Assembly: GCA_051362555.1 (NCBI GenBank)
Contig: CM120643.1
Location: forward strand, 5,704,001-5,768,000
Source: Lingula anatina
Lineage: Eukaryota > Animalia > Brachiopoda
Direction: 5' to 3'
DNA length: 64,000 nucleotides
Shown: in pieces, positions 15,001-25,217 of the stretch
Layout of the letters: every line of letters begins with the position of its first letter
Position numbering within the stretch: position 1 is the stretch's first letter
Translations under genes and position numbers: made by a program
Notes under the pieces: generated by a model
The model's database searches: none
What the model was told of the DNA's origin: nothing
What the model saw: the letters and a program-made list of their open reading frames with translations, nothing else

Positions 15001-18000
15001 CCATGGCTTAAAATAGATAAATGTCAATAATTTTGCAATGTGATTATAAAATAAAATAGCAAATGTGATGATTTGAGGTTGTTTGTGTAAGAGGTTGCAA
15101 ATTACCTATAACTGTTATCTGGAAAAAAATATATACCCATACAAGACTTCTCCTTACTATCAATGTCAGATGCAGATTACTCCTTACAATGGGTTTCTGG
15201 AATGGGTTGCTGTTATCACAACATTTGACAATGTCCTAAATCTTGCCACATATCATGTATTGTACACATGGATAAGACATAGTGCTGCTCTTGGTGCTGT
15301 CTTTCGCTGCCTGCATCTTCATGGTAAAGGTACTCTGGAAAAAGAACAATATAACTGAAAAAACTGAAAATAACATAGAAAACGCTGGCAAATTCCACGA
15401 CATAAAATAGTTAAACGTTAATAATTTTTTTCAAATCTTGTCCAATCTTTCTGAAATTTGTACAAATGATGCTTAACAACAATAAAAATCTGTGATTAGA
15501 TGATCTGTTGACTGCATCTAATGAAAAGTGTTTTTTTTTTGGGGACAACATATTTGGGAAAACTGAAATTTACATTAAAAACACTGGCAAATCTCATGAC
15601 TTAAAATAGTTAAACGTTAATAAAATTTTTAAATCTTGTCCAATATTTCTGAAATTTGTACAAATGATGCTTAACAATAATAAAAATCTGTGATTAGATG
15701 ATCTGTTGACTGTATCTAATGAAAAGTGTTTTTTGGGACAACATATTTGGGAAAAATGAAATTTACATTGAAAAGCCTGGCAAATCCAAGGACTTCAAAT
15801 AGTTAAACGTTAATAATTTTGTCAAATCTTGTACAATATTTCTGAAATTTGTACAAATGATGCTTAACATCAATTAAAATCTGTGGTTAGATGATCTGTT
15901 GACTGCATCTAATGAAAAGTGTTTTTTGGGACAACATATTTGGGAAAACTGAAATTTACATTGAAAAGACTGGCAAATCCAAGGACTTCAAATAGTTAAA
16001 CGTTAATAATTTTGTCAAATCATGTATAATATTTCTGAAATTTGTACAAATGATGCTTAACAACAATAAAAACCTGTGATAAGCTGATCAAATGACTGTG
16101 TCTAATGAAAAGTATCTTCTTTCGACAATATCCTTGAAAAAAACTGAAAATTACACTGAAAAATCTGGCAAATTCCATGGCTTAAAATAGTTAAATATTA
16201 ATTATTTTGCAATGTGATTATAAAATAAAATAGCAAATGTGATGATTTGAGGTTGTTTGTGTAAGAGGTTGCAAATTTCCTATAACTGTTATCTGAAAAA
16301 CAATATATACCCATACAAGACTTCTCCTTACTATCAATGCCAGATGCAGATTACTCCTTACAATGGGTTTCTAGAATGGGTTGTTGTTATCACATTATTT
16401 GACAATGTCCTAAATCTTGCCACATATCATGTATTGTACACATGGATAAGACATAGTGCTGCTCTTGGTGCTGTCTTTCGCTGCCTGCATCTTCATGGTA
16501 AGGGTACTCTGGAAAAAAAACAATATAACTGAAAAAACTGAAAATAACATAGAAAACGCTGGCAAATTCCACGACATAAAATAGTTAAACGTTAATAATT
16601 TTTTCAAATCTTGTCCAATCTTTCTGAAATTTGTACAAATGATGCTTAACAACAATAAAAAATCTGTGATTAGATGATCTGTTGACTGCATCTAATGAAA
16701 AGTGTTTTTTTTGGGGGGACAACATATTTGGGAAAACTGAAATTTACATTAAAAACACTGGCAAATCTCATGACTTAAAATAGTTAAACGTTAATAAAAT
16801 TTTTAAATCTTGTCCAATATTTCTGAAATTTGTACAAATGATGCTTAACAATAATAAAAATCTGTGATTAGATGATCTGTTGACTGTATCTAATGAAAAG
16901 TGTTTTTTGGGACAACATATTTGGGAAAAATGAAATTTACATTGAAAAGCCTGGCAAATCCAAGGACTTCAAATAGTTAAACGTTAATAATTTTGTCAAA
17001 TCTTGTACAATATTTCTGAAATTTGTACAAATGATGCTTAACATCAATTAAAATCTGTGGTTAGATGATCTGTTGACTGCATCTAATGAAAAGTGTTTTT
17101 TGGGACAACATATTTGGGAAAACTGAAATTTACATTGAAAAGACTGGCAAATCCAAGGACTTCAAATAGTTAAACGTTAATAATTTTGTCAAATCATGTA
17201 TAATATTTCTGAAATTTGTACAAATGATGCTTAACAACAATAAAAACCTGTGATAAGCTGATCAAATGACTGTGTCTAATGAAAAGTATCTTCTTTCGAC
17301 AATATCCTTGAAAAAAACTGAAAATTACACTGAAAAATCTGGCAAATTCCATGGCTTAAAATAGTTAAATATTAATTATTTTGCAATGTGATTATAAAAT
17401 AAAATAGCAAATGTGATGATTTGAGGTTGTTTGTGTAAGAGGTTGCAAATTTCCTATAACTGTTATCTGAAAAACAATATATACCCATACAAGACTTCTC
17501 CTTACTATCAATGCCAGATGCAGATTACTCCTTACAATGGGTTTCTAGAATGGGTTGTTGTTATCACATTATTTGACAATGTCCTAAATCTTGCCACATA
17601 TCATTTATTGTACACTTAGATAAGACATAGTGCTGCTCTTGATGCTGTCTTTCGCTGCCTGCATCTTCATGGTAAGGGTACTCTGGAAAAAAAACAATAT
17701 AACTGAAAAAACTGAAAATAACATTGAAAAGACTGGCAAATCTGATGACTTAAAATAGTTAAATGTTAATAATTTTGTCAAATCATGTCCAATATTTCTG
17801 AAATTTGTACAAATGATGCTTAACAACAATAAAAATCTGTGATTAGATGATCTGTCGACTGTATCTAATGAAAAGTGTTTTTTGAGACAACATATTAGGA
17901 AAAAATGAAATTTACATTGAAAAGACTGGCAAATCTCATGGCTTAAAATAGTTTAACATTATTAATTTTGTCAAATCTGGTCAAATATTTCTGAAATTTG

Positions 18001-18215
18001 TACAAATGATGCTTACCAACAATAAAAACCTGTGATAAGCTGATCAAATGACTGTGTCTTATGACAAGTATCCTCTTTGGACAATATCTTTGAAAAAACT
18101 GAAAATTACACTGAAAACACTGGCAAATCCCATGACATAAAATAGTTAAACGTTAATAATTTTGTCAAATCTTGTCCAATGTTTCTAAAATTTGTACAAA
18201 TGATGCTTAACAATA
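1..18215. repeat. Composite satellite array: ~194-bp monomers plus a ~395-bp cassette unit, with higher-order repeats of 4881 and 3707 bp
   Basis: The monomer start GTTAATAATTTTG-CAAATCTTG recurs at about 1, 590, 783, 977, 1171 and 1363. Cassette copies (the ORF-track MCKRLQI... segment) lie at about 255, 1618, 2788, 3962, 5136, 6499, 7669, 8843, 10206, 11376, 12550, 13913, 15083, 16257 and 17431, with spacings of 1363/1170/1174. The array runs off the left edge and degenerates at ~17.7-18.2 kb. Confidence 0.97.
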
Positions 18216-18526
18216 ATTTAAATATATGTTGGAATTTACAACAGGTGACTATATACAACTTTTTCAATAGCAGTATATGAATCAGCTGTGCAACAATTTT
18301 TGAAATGGAATAATATCTGTAATTTTACAGCTGGAACATAATTTATATCTTATTTTCTAACTCAGAAATTTTAATTTTCTGCATAAAATGAACCCATTAC
18401 CTGTCTCTCAATCCATGAGTGTACTAAATTGACAAGCAACCTTTACAGCTTCATGAAGGCCATTACCCAGTGCACTACCTGACAACCCATTTCTTTGATA
18501 TCATCTTCATTCTCAGCAATACTTAC

Positions 18527-18640
18527 TACACCCTTCCTCATCACTGTTAGCTCTACAGTCATTGTCCTGGTCACATCTTCATGATAAGTTGATAAAGCAG
18601 CCATTATCACATACAAACTTATATGGAGGACATGTGTGAT
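18527..18640 (-). pseudogene. Degenerate exon encoding an LDL-receptor class A (LDLa) repeat
   Basis: The minus strand reads (D)HTCPPYKFVCDNGCFINLS*RCDQDNDCRANSDEEGC, matching the LDLa pattern C-x4-F-x-C-x-NG...W-x-CD-x3-DC-x3-SDE-x2-C with the conserved Trp turned to TGA. The exon is 114 nt, phase 1/1, with a GTAAGT donor; the acceptor reads ...CTTCCTGTGG (AG lost). Confidence 0.85.
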
Positions 18641-18960
18641 CCACAGGAAGACAATAAAAAATACATCTTTAAAGCAATCTACTTTATTTTCAAGTGTCTT
18701 AAAAACTGTTCCTTCAATTTCTTTGACAAAGCAATAAAATATCCGAAAGATTTATATAAAAATTCTTACATCAGTAGCAACACAAAATCACTCAAATATC
18801 AGGTATTACATTGAACAAGATGAAAACTTGCTGAAAGGCTGTAATTAAGCAGCATTACAGATTCAAAAACTCACTGAAATATGTAAAAATCTAGAAGACA
18901 ATGCAATCTACTTATGACGATTTATGAAACTCTATTGTTATCTGACCATCTTGAAAATAA

Positions 18961-19400
18961 GTCTGGAGTCATTGTGTGTGTGTGTTTTTTTAGTATAGTC
19001 CCGTGTCTCCTAGTACAGTGTAGTAGTCTGGAGTCATTGTGTTCCATTGTGGCAGTATAGTCCTGTGCCTCCTAGTACAGTGTAGTAGTCTGGAGTCATT
19101 GTGTTCCATTGTGGCAGTATAGTCCTGTGTCTCCTATTACAGTGTAGTAGTCTGGAGTCATTGTGTTCCATTGTGGCAGTATAGTCCTGTGTCTCCTAGT
19201 ACAGTGTAGTATTCTGGAGTCATTGTTGTCCATTGTGGCAGTATAGTCCTGTGTCTACTAGTACAGCGTAGTAGTCTGGAGTCATTGTGTTCCATTGTGG
19301 CAGTATAGTCCTGTGCCTCCTAGTACAGTGTAGTAGTCTGGAGTCATTGTGTTCCATTGTGGCAGTATAATCCTGTGCCTCCTAGTACAGTGTAGTGTGG
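18961..19400. repeat. 62-bp minisatellite, about 7 copies
   Basis: Unit GTCTGGAGTCATTGTGTTCCATTGTGGCAGTATAGTCCTGTGCCTCCTAGTACAGTGTAGTA starts at 19026, 19088 and onward at the same period. Confidence 0.95.
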
Positions 19401-19788
19401 AGTCAGATGATGGACTGGAAAAGACAAAAAAAAGTCAATGACTAGGGTTTTTCCTCAAGATCCAGAATATTAGAATTACATCAAATAAAATGCAAAGAAA
19501 TATTTTATAAAATAAATTTACCAAAAAAAGTATTGTTGTAAGTCAAAGCTGAAGCATACACTGTACCAGTAATGATAATAAAGAGGTGGGTTTATGGTGC
19601 TTTCTAAAACTCGGGATGGTAGTGCTAGTTCACGTAAGTGGACACTCCATGGGAAGTTTTAGTTGTTCATAGTTAAGTTCATATATTACTATTTCGACAG
19701 ATGACTCAAAAGAAACAAGAAAAATGCCCACTTAAAATAAAAATTATATTAGAAGGCATAACGTCAGCTCTCCAATTAATTATCTCAC

Positions 19789-19880
19789 CTTCATAAGCCA
19801 TTGGGTAATTACAGAAGAAAAGAGAATGGAAAAGTTGAAGTAGATGACGGCTTGCAATCGTGTCAGTTCTCCAAAAACAC
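19789..19880 (-). pseudogene. Possible degenerate first (signal-peptide-like) exon of the LDLa-containing gene
   Basis: The minus strand reads ...CFWRTDTIASRHLLQLFHSLFFCNYPMAYE-G|gtgaga. This phase-1 donor joins the LDLa exon in frame (E-D-H-T-C). No in-frame ATG precedes the hydrophobic stretch. Confidence 0.3.
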
Positions 19881-20109
19881 TTTTAATCTGCAGCGTCAAG
19901 GTTCTGCAGCACATTGTAAAATCTTCACCAGCACATTGCATCGTGATGTGAACAGTGAACAACTGACACAGTCGATACCATATGTATCCGTCACTTTAGA
20001 TGTCTCATCCTGAATTCACCGATTAAGTTTGTCAATAGAATCTATAACAAAACCATCTAAGAAAAGTGTCCTGATGTATGGTGAAACTCAGTGTGCAGAA
20101 CGTTTGATG

Positions 20110-20300
20110 AAAATTCCGACTTTTCAGCGTCACGCTTCGCCTAGTCTACGCCATATAAAAATTGTTTAGTATATAGATGGCGCTATGCAAGAGGTGAGAC
20201 TTAGGATTTGTAAAGGACTGCGGCCAGTATCAGCAACAGGTTCACCGCCTGCTTTCTAAGAAACTCGTGCGAGGAGGGAGAGAGTTCTGGGACCGTAATA
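20110..20300. promoter_or_regulatory. Candidate bidirectional promoter
   Basis: A locally CpG-rich patch with ATGGCG (YY1-like) motifs on both strands and TATAAAA at ~20154. It sits between the divergent minus-strand LDLa remnant and the plus-strand micro-exon gene. Confidence 0.3.
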
Positions 20301-20491
20301 GATATGACCAGGGTCCAGGCACTGTGATATATATTGCGATATTTAGTAGAAAGACTCAAGGTCGAGAGCTTCAACGGTGCGTCAATCTGATTGGTTTAAA
20401 GTTAAGGAAACAATACAGGAACCGTCCAATGAAATTCTTTTATACAATAATTATTCCTGTTTATTGTTTTAGTAAACAAAGCAAAGAGACA

Positions 20492-21894
20492 ATGTCTACA
20501 CAGTCGCTGGTGAGTTTTATTTTTTATTCAATACTGAAATTCTGCAGCAAGTTCAATGTAAGCCCACACAGCACATAATGATGAAATGCTCCTTTAATAT
20601 TGTCAAATACATTTAAGACTTTATTTTAGTGTATATCATAACTTGTAAATAATAAATAAATGTGCCATCTTATTCCAGTGGGATTACATGTACAAGCCTG
20701 AAGTCCACACAAGTGGTAAGTCCACACCATTGCTTTATTCAATCAACTTGATGCATTTTTTATCTTTTAGGAAGGATTCATGAAATAAAATTACAACAAC
20801 ATCTTGACTCTCAGGGTGCAAGTCTGGACCCTCAGGGGCTGTTGGCAATGAATTTGGAGACCTAGCTAATGTGCACTAACTCCATGGAAACTCTCACTGA
20901 ATACAATCAGATTAACAGACTAACACGCTTCTTTTTGTCTCCAACATACTCCAACATACTCACATAAATGGTATTCCTTAAAATTCAATTCTGTTCTTTC
21001 AGGTGATACTAAAGAAGAGAATAATGTAGCAATTGTTAAGACCCAAAGCATTGAGGAACTAGGTAAGGCTGGAATCTCAGTAAAATAATAGTGTTATGAA
21101 TTTTAATGTACTCGCACACACACATACACTAACAAACACACATACACATACACATACACATACACACCGCAAGCGTGTTGCTCAAGCAAAAATCTATTTT
21201 TTAGCATACTTAAGAAGATAATTTATTTATTTTTAAGTCAATTAAATCTTTGAATGTGTCTTCATCAAATTGAATCCTTTTTGAACATGCACAGATATAA
21301 TGGAATGTTAAGTTTGTATTTTTAAATATTTAAATATTATTAAAACATCATTTTTTCTTTAGCTGATATCAAAGACACAAAGAGTGTGTCAGATGCTGAG
21401 GGCAGTGAGGAGAGAGGTAAGACAGTAAGATCAATTTAACAGGTGTTCATTTAACACACTTAAAAAATTTACACACACACAAACAGGCTCTCAGACACAA
21501 ACAGGTCTTCCAAACAGGTCTTCCAGAAGATGGTCAGAATTTTCCAAGTTTACATTGATGGGGATTTAATTTTTTGTCAGAAGACAGTCCACAATGGAGG
21601 ATGGATCAGCAAACATAATTTGCAAGACTGTCAGAAAATCTCTCTAGATCCGACCCTTACAAACATTGTGTTTTTATTCCCTGTTCAGTGATCTAAATCT
21701 TTGAATACATCTTTGACTATGGTATTGAATCCTTGTTGTGCATGGGCATGGGATGTTGAATGTGTGTTCCTTTTTTTCTTCAGTTGATGTCAAAGACACA
21801 ACAATTACTATGACAGAGTTCGTGAAGGAGAGAGGTAAGACAGCAGGGTCAGTAGAATAGGGATCTATTTATTACATTGATGACATGTAATAGT

Positions 21895-21942
<48 letters not shown>

Positions 21943-22615
21943 GATACCAAACTGAAAGACAAGAACAATGTAACACTTGTAAAGACCCTAAGTATGGAGG
22001 AGATAGGTAAGACAGGAATCTCAGTAAAATAGTTATGAATTTTAATATACTTATGAAACATGCATGCACACACACATACACTAACAAACACACATACACA
22101 CACATACACACAACAAGCATGCTGCTCAAGCAAAGTCTTTAACATACTTAAGAAGATTATTTATTTCTTAAGTCATTTAAATATTTGAATGTGTCTTCCA
22201 TAAATTGTAATACTGAATCCTATTTGGACATGCACAGATATGGAATGTTAAGTTTCTATTAGATATCATTTTTTCTTTAGCCAATATCAAAGACACAGAG
22301 AGTGTGTCAGATGCTGAGGGCATCAAAGAAAAAGGTAAGACAATAAGCTTAGGACAATTTAATGGGGAATTCATTTAACACACTTAAAAATGTCAACACA
22401 CACAGATGGACTTTAGGGGGGAGACTCTCATGCACAAACACTGAGTTTAAATTCTCTGTTCAGTGATCTAAATCTTTGAATGAATCGATGACTTTGTTAA
22501 GTAATGTATTGAATTCTGGTTGTGCACAGGTATGAAATGTTTCATTTGTTTTCCTGTCTTTCTTCAGTCAATATCAAAGACACAAAACCTGTGACAGTGG
22601 ATGTGAAGGAGAGAG
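20492..22615 (+). CDS. Spliced micro-exon gene, unknown acidic/Lys-rich repetitive protein (3' end uncertain)
   Basis: Canonical AG/GT exons: 20473-20509 (ATG at 20492, MSTQSL), 20679-20715 (WDYMYKPEVHTS), then phase-1 exons 21003-21062 (GDTKEENNVAIVKTQSIEEL), 21363-21416 (ADIKDTKSVSDAEGSEER), 21784-21834 (VDVKDTTITMTEFVKER), 21941-22006 (VDTKLKDKNNVTLVKTLSMEEI), 22281-22334 (ANIKDTESVSDAEGIKEK) and 22568-22615 (VNIKDTKPVTVDVKER). The joined frame is open. Possible further exons are 23142-23164 and 23316 onward, with AATAAA at 23392. Confidence 0.7.
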
Positions 22616-22710
22616 GTAAGACAGTAGGGTCAATAGAATAGGGGTCTATTTATTACACTGATGGAATGTGATTGTGCATGTACACACGCACACGCACACA
22701 CACACACTCC
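21003..22710 (+). repeat. Tandem duplication of a three-exon block including its introns (~0.8-0.9 kb unit)
   Basis: Exons and introns of 21003-21900 are paralogous to 21941-22710. Examples: GGAATCTCAGTAAAATA after exons A and A'; CAGTGATCTAAATCTTTGAAT in both second introns. Confidence 0.85.
21896..21938. repeat. (CA)n microsatellite
   Basis: Direct read. Other simple repeats: (CA)n ~24948-24980 and ~35792-35818, poly-T ~30870-30917, (TTTA)n ~32806-32840, (AAAT)n ~48687-48717, poly-A ~62713-62743, (TA)n ~63571-63610. Confidence 0.95.
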
Positions 22711-23975
22711 TTATGTTGTGCCAACACAGTTTGTGCTTTTGGCAAGTTTAAAATAACATTGGCAGAATTGTTTATTCCAAATACTGGTAAAAGTGTTTCA
22801 TTGAAGCTTCATACATGAAATATGATGTTGCACTGACTTATTGAACATTTTATACTTTTGCCTCTTAGTAAGTATAATACATTTCAGCGCCAATCTAGGT
22901 GGAGGAGGGTATTGAATCTGTTCACGTCTTGCTTCAGACGGAGGGCACAAACATAAATGGTTATTATTATTATTATTAATTAATTAATTAATTAATTCTA
23001 AACACTTCAGACATTAAGAAATGAAGAAAAGTCAACAGTATTTTTAAAAGAATAGATTTATTATACATTTACAGAGAAGTTCTTTTTGATTGTCTCTTTG
23101 TTTTGATGGTATCATAACTAAGTAAGCTTTCAGTTTTTTAGAGGAAAACTATGTCAAACAGCTGGTAAAACTGTAAACATTGAAGTAGTAAATTAATTAT
23201 ATCACAGTAGCCAGGAGCTGGTGGTTGTAGAGATACTGTCAACATCTATTTACGCCTAACTGAATACACATTTTAACTGAATTATATTTTAAAATTTAAT
23301 CTTTTATTTTTTTAGGGTTGTCAGTGCAGAACTTTCTTTGCCTCTGTAGAAGCCAGTTAAAAACTGCAAAATGTCATTCTCTAAATTTTACAATAAAATA
23401 TTAATATTTGTTATCAAATGAGTTTTGTTTTTCTTTTCTTAATTGAGGGTACCATTGGGGAGGGGTGTTCACAGTTCACAGGAAATAAAACCATTAATGT
23501 ACAAATCACAGTAAATAAAACTTTATTTGTATCTCACTGACAATGCTCATGGAAAATCCTGAAAATTACGAATTAGTGGGTATAAGGCTTTGTTTGACGA
23601 AGGGCAAAGAATAAAAAGCCACATTTTTGAGTCACGCAAATTAGTTGCTTTACGGATCACGCTAAATAATATGGACATTTCACGCATCTCGGGTAAAATA
23701 AAAAGTGACTTTCATGGGTAACAATATACCCAATGGGACTAGTTTGAAAAAACATAATATAACGATTCTTGCATAAAGGCATTTGAGACGTCATGCAAGA
23801 AGCCACCACTTGACTTTTATTACAATAAATGAAGCACTATAGTACCCTGTAATTACCTTATTCCAAAACACAACATTTGATTTCTGATTCAAGTTTTTCT
23901 TAAATTTTTATCCAATTCTTTTTTTATTTCATTTATTAAACTTAAGAAATAAACTATACATGGTACAAACTTTTA

Positions 23976-24232
23976 GGCTTCGTTCACATGCAATGTCTAT
24001 TTTCTAAATTCTATTTTCTATTTTCGGTATGTCTTATGATCACGGTCTGTGCACTGAATATCCCGCGGCGTAATTACTGGCAGCGCGAGCCAGTTACTAT
24101 AAGTTACTATAAGTAACTGGCTCGCGCTGCCAGTAATTACGCGGCGGGATATTCAGTGCACAGACCGTGATCATAAGATAGCGCGAATAGAAAATAGAAT
24201 TTAGAAAATAGACATTGCATGTGAACGAAGCC
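23976..24232. mobile_element. Foldback MITE, PIF/Harbinger type
   Basis: A near-perfect 257-bp palindrome with ends GGCTTCGTTCACATG...CATGTGAACGAAGCC, flanked by TTA on both sides. A 3-bp TWA target-site duplication is characteristic of PIF/Harbinger. Confidence 0.88.
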
Positions 24233-24945
24233 TTAACTATATTCAAATACGTACATAAATACTCATACTCACACACATGTACCCTACCATACGGCTCAAT
24301 TACTGATAACTTCACTTTCGGTTTTATATTCCAGCATGTTCATGTTTAAATACAATAGATATATAGTTCAAACTCCTAGGAATTCACTTTTATACGTGTA
24401 ATATTGAGAGCATTTAACGGTTAACGCATCTGGTGGCTACAGTGGAGGAACGGGGAAAACACCCCAACGTTATTAACATTTCCAGTAAAATAATTGGATC
24501 TCCCCAACTAGATGGTATCATTAATGACAGAATGAAGAAAAAAAAAAACAAAATGAATTGTGGGGATCCCAATTGTTTATATTTAAATATTACTTGTACT
24601 ATTGCTATAGCCATGTTACATGTATTATCATTAAAAAAAGTACTGTAAATAGCGGCAACAAGTTCTTTTTTAACTCATTTTTCAAAACGATTAAAGGATT
24701 CAAAATCTTTTACAACACCCTGCTGCGGTACGATTTTATCTCTTTTACGCCCACTACGCTTAAAAATATGTGCTCGAAGTAGCTACATCTTTTTACTTTT
24801 CTTGTCCCAAATGTACCCATAAAATATGATAAGCACAGGTGTTGACTCGATTTCCGTGTTCATCGAAAGACTTACTAAAGAAAGAGAGAGGGAGCACGTT
24901 ATAATTATTTTTCTATACAACGTACGTAAGTGCGCCCGCACGCAA

Positions 24946-24984
<39 letters not shown>

Positions 24985-25217
24985 GCCAGGCGCGAAGAAA
25001 GGGGGGGGGGGGGGAACCAATGCCGAAGTTGTGCGTCGGCAAAATGTTTGTCCTACCTAAATCATCATCAAAGTTATAATAAAGTACAGAATGTGCAGAC
25101 CAGCATAATTAACAGCTGTGGGCTTGGATACAAAACCGTCGCCAACGCTCTCAGTTCAGGTCTATCCTTTAAAATAAAATGTTTTATTATATAAAATATA
25201 ACATGAGTAAAACCATA

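Noticed and set aside
1618-17619. Repeated 88-91-aa ORFs (MCKRLQI...) and other satellite ORFs as a tandem gene family
   Set aside because: They start at TTG, some copies carry stops, differences between variants are largely amino-acid changing, and no domain is recognised. They are by-products of the repeat.
1-19400. CRISPR-like repeat/spacer reading of the arrays
   Set aside because: Units are 62 or 194 bp, the intervening sequences are themselves repeated rather than unique, the context is eukaryotic and there are no cas genes.
20177-20193. Upstream coding exon MALCK|gtgaga for the micro-exon gene
   Set aside because: It is phase-compatible but too short to support and very close to the putative TATA, so it is left out of the model.
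20771-20870. Additional exon after TATCTTTTAG in the micro-exon gene
   Set aside because: Good acceptor, but no convincing donor before the in-frame stop.
21849-25194. ORFs rich in CV/HT repeats (likewise YI repeats at 59243 and 63493)
   Set aside because: These are translations of (CA)n and (TA)n microsatellites.
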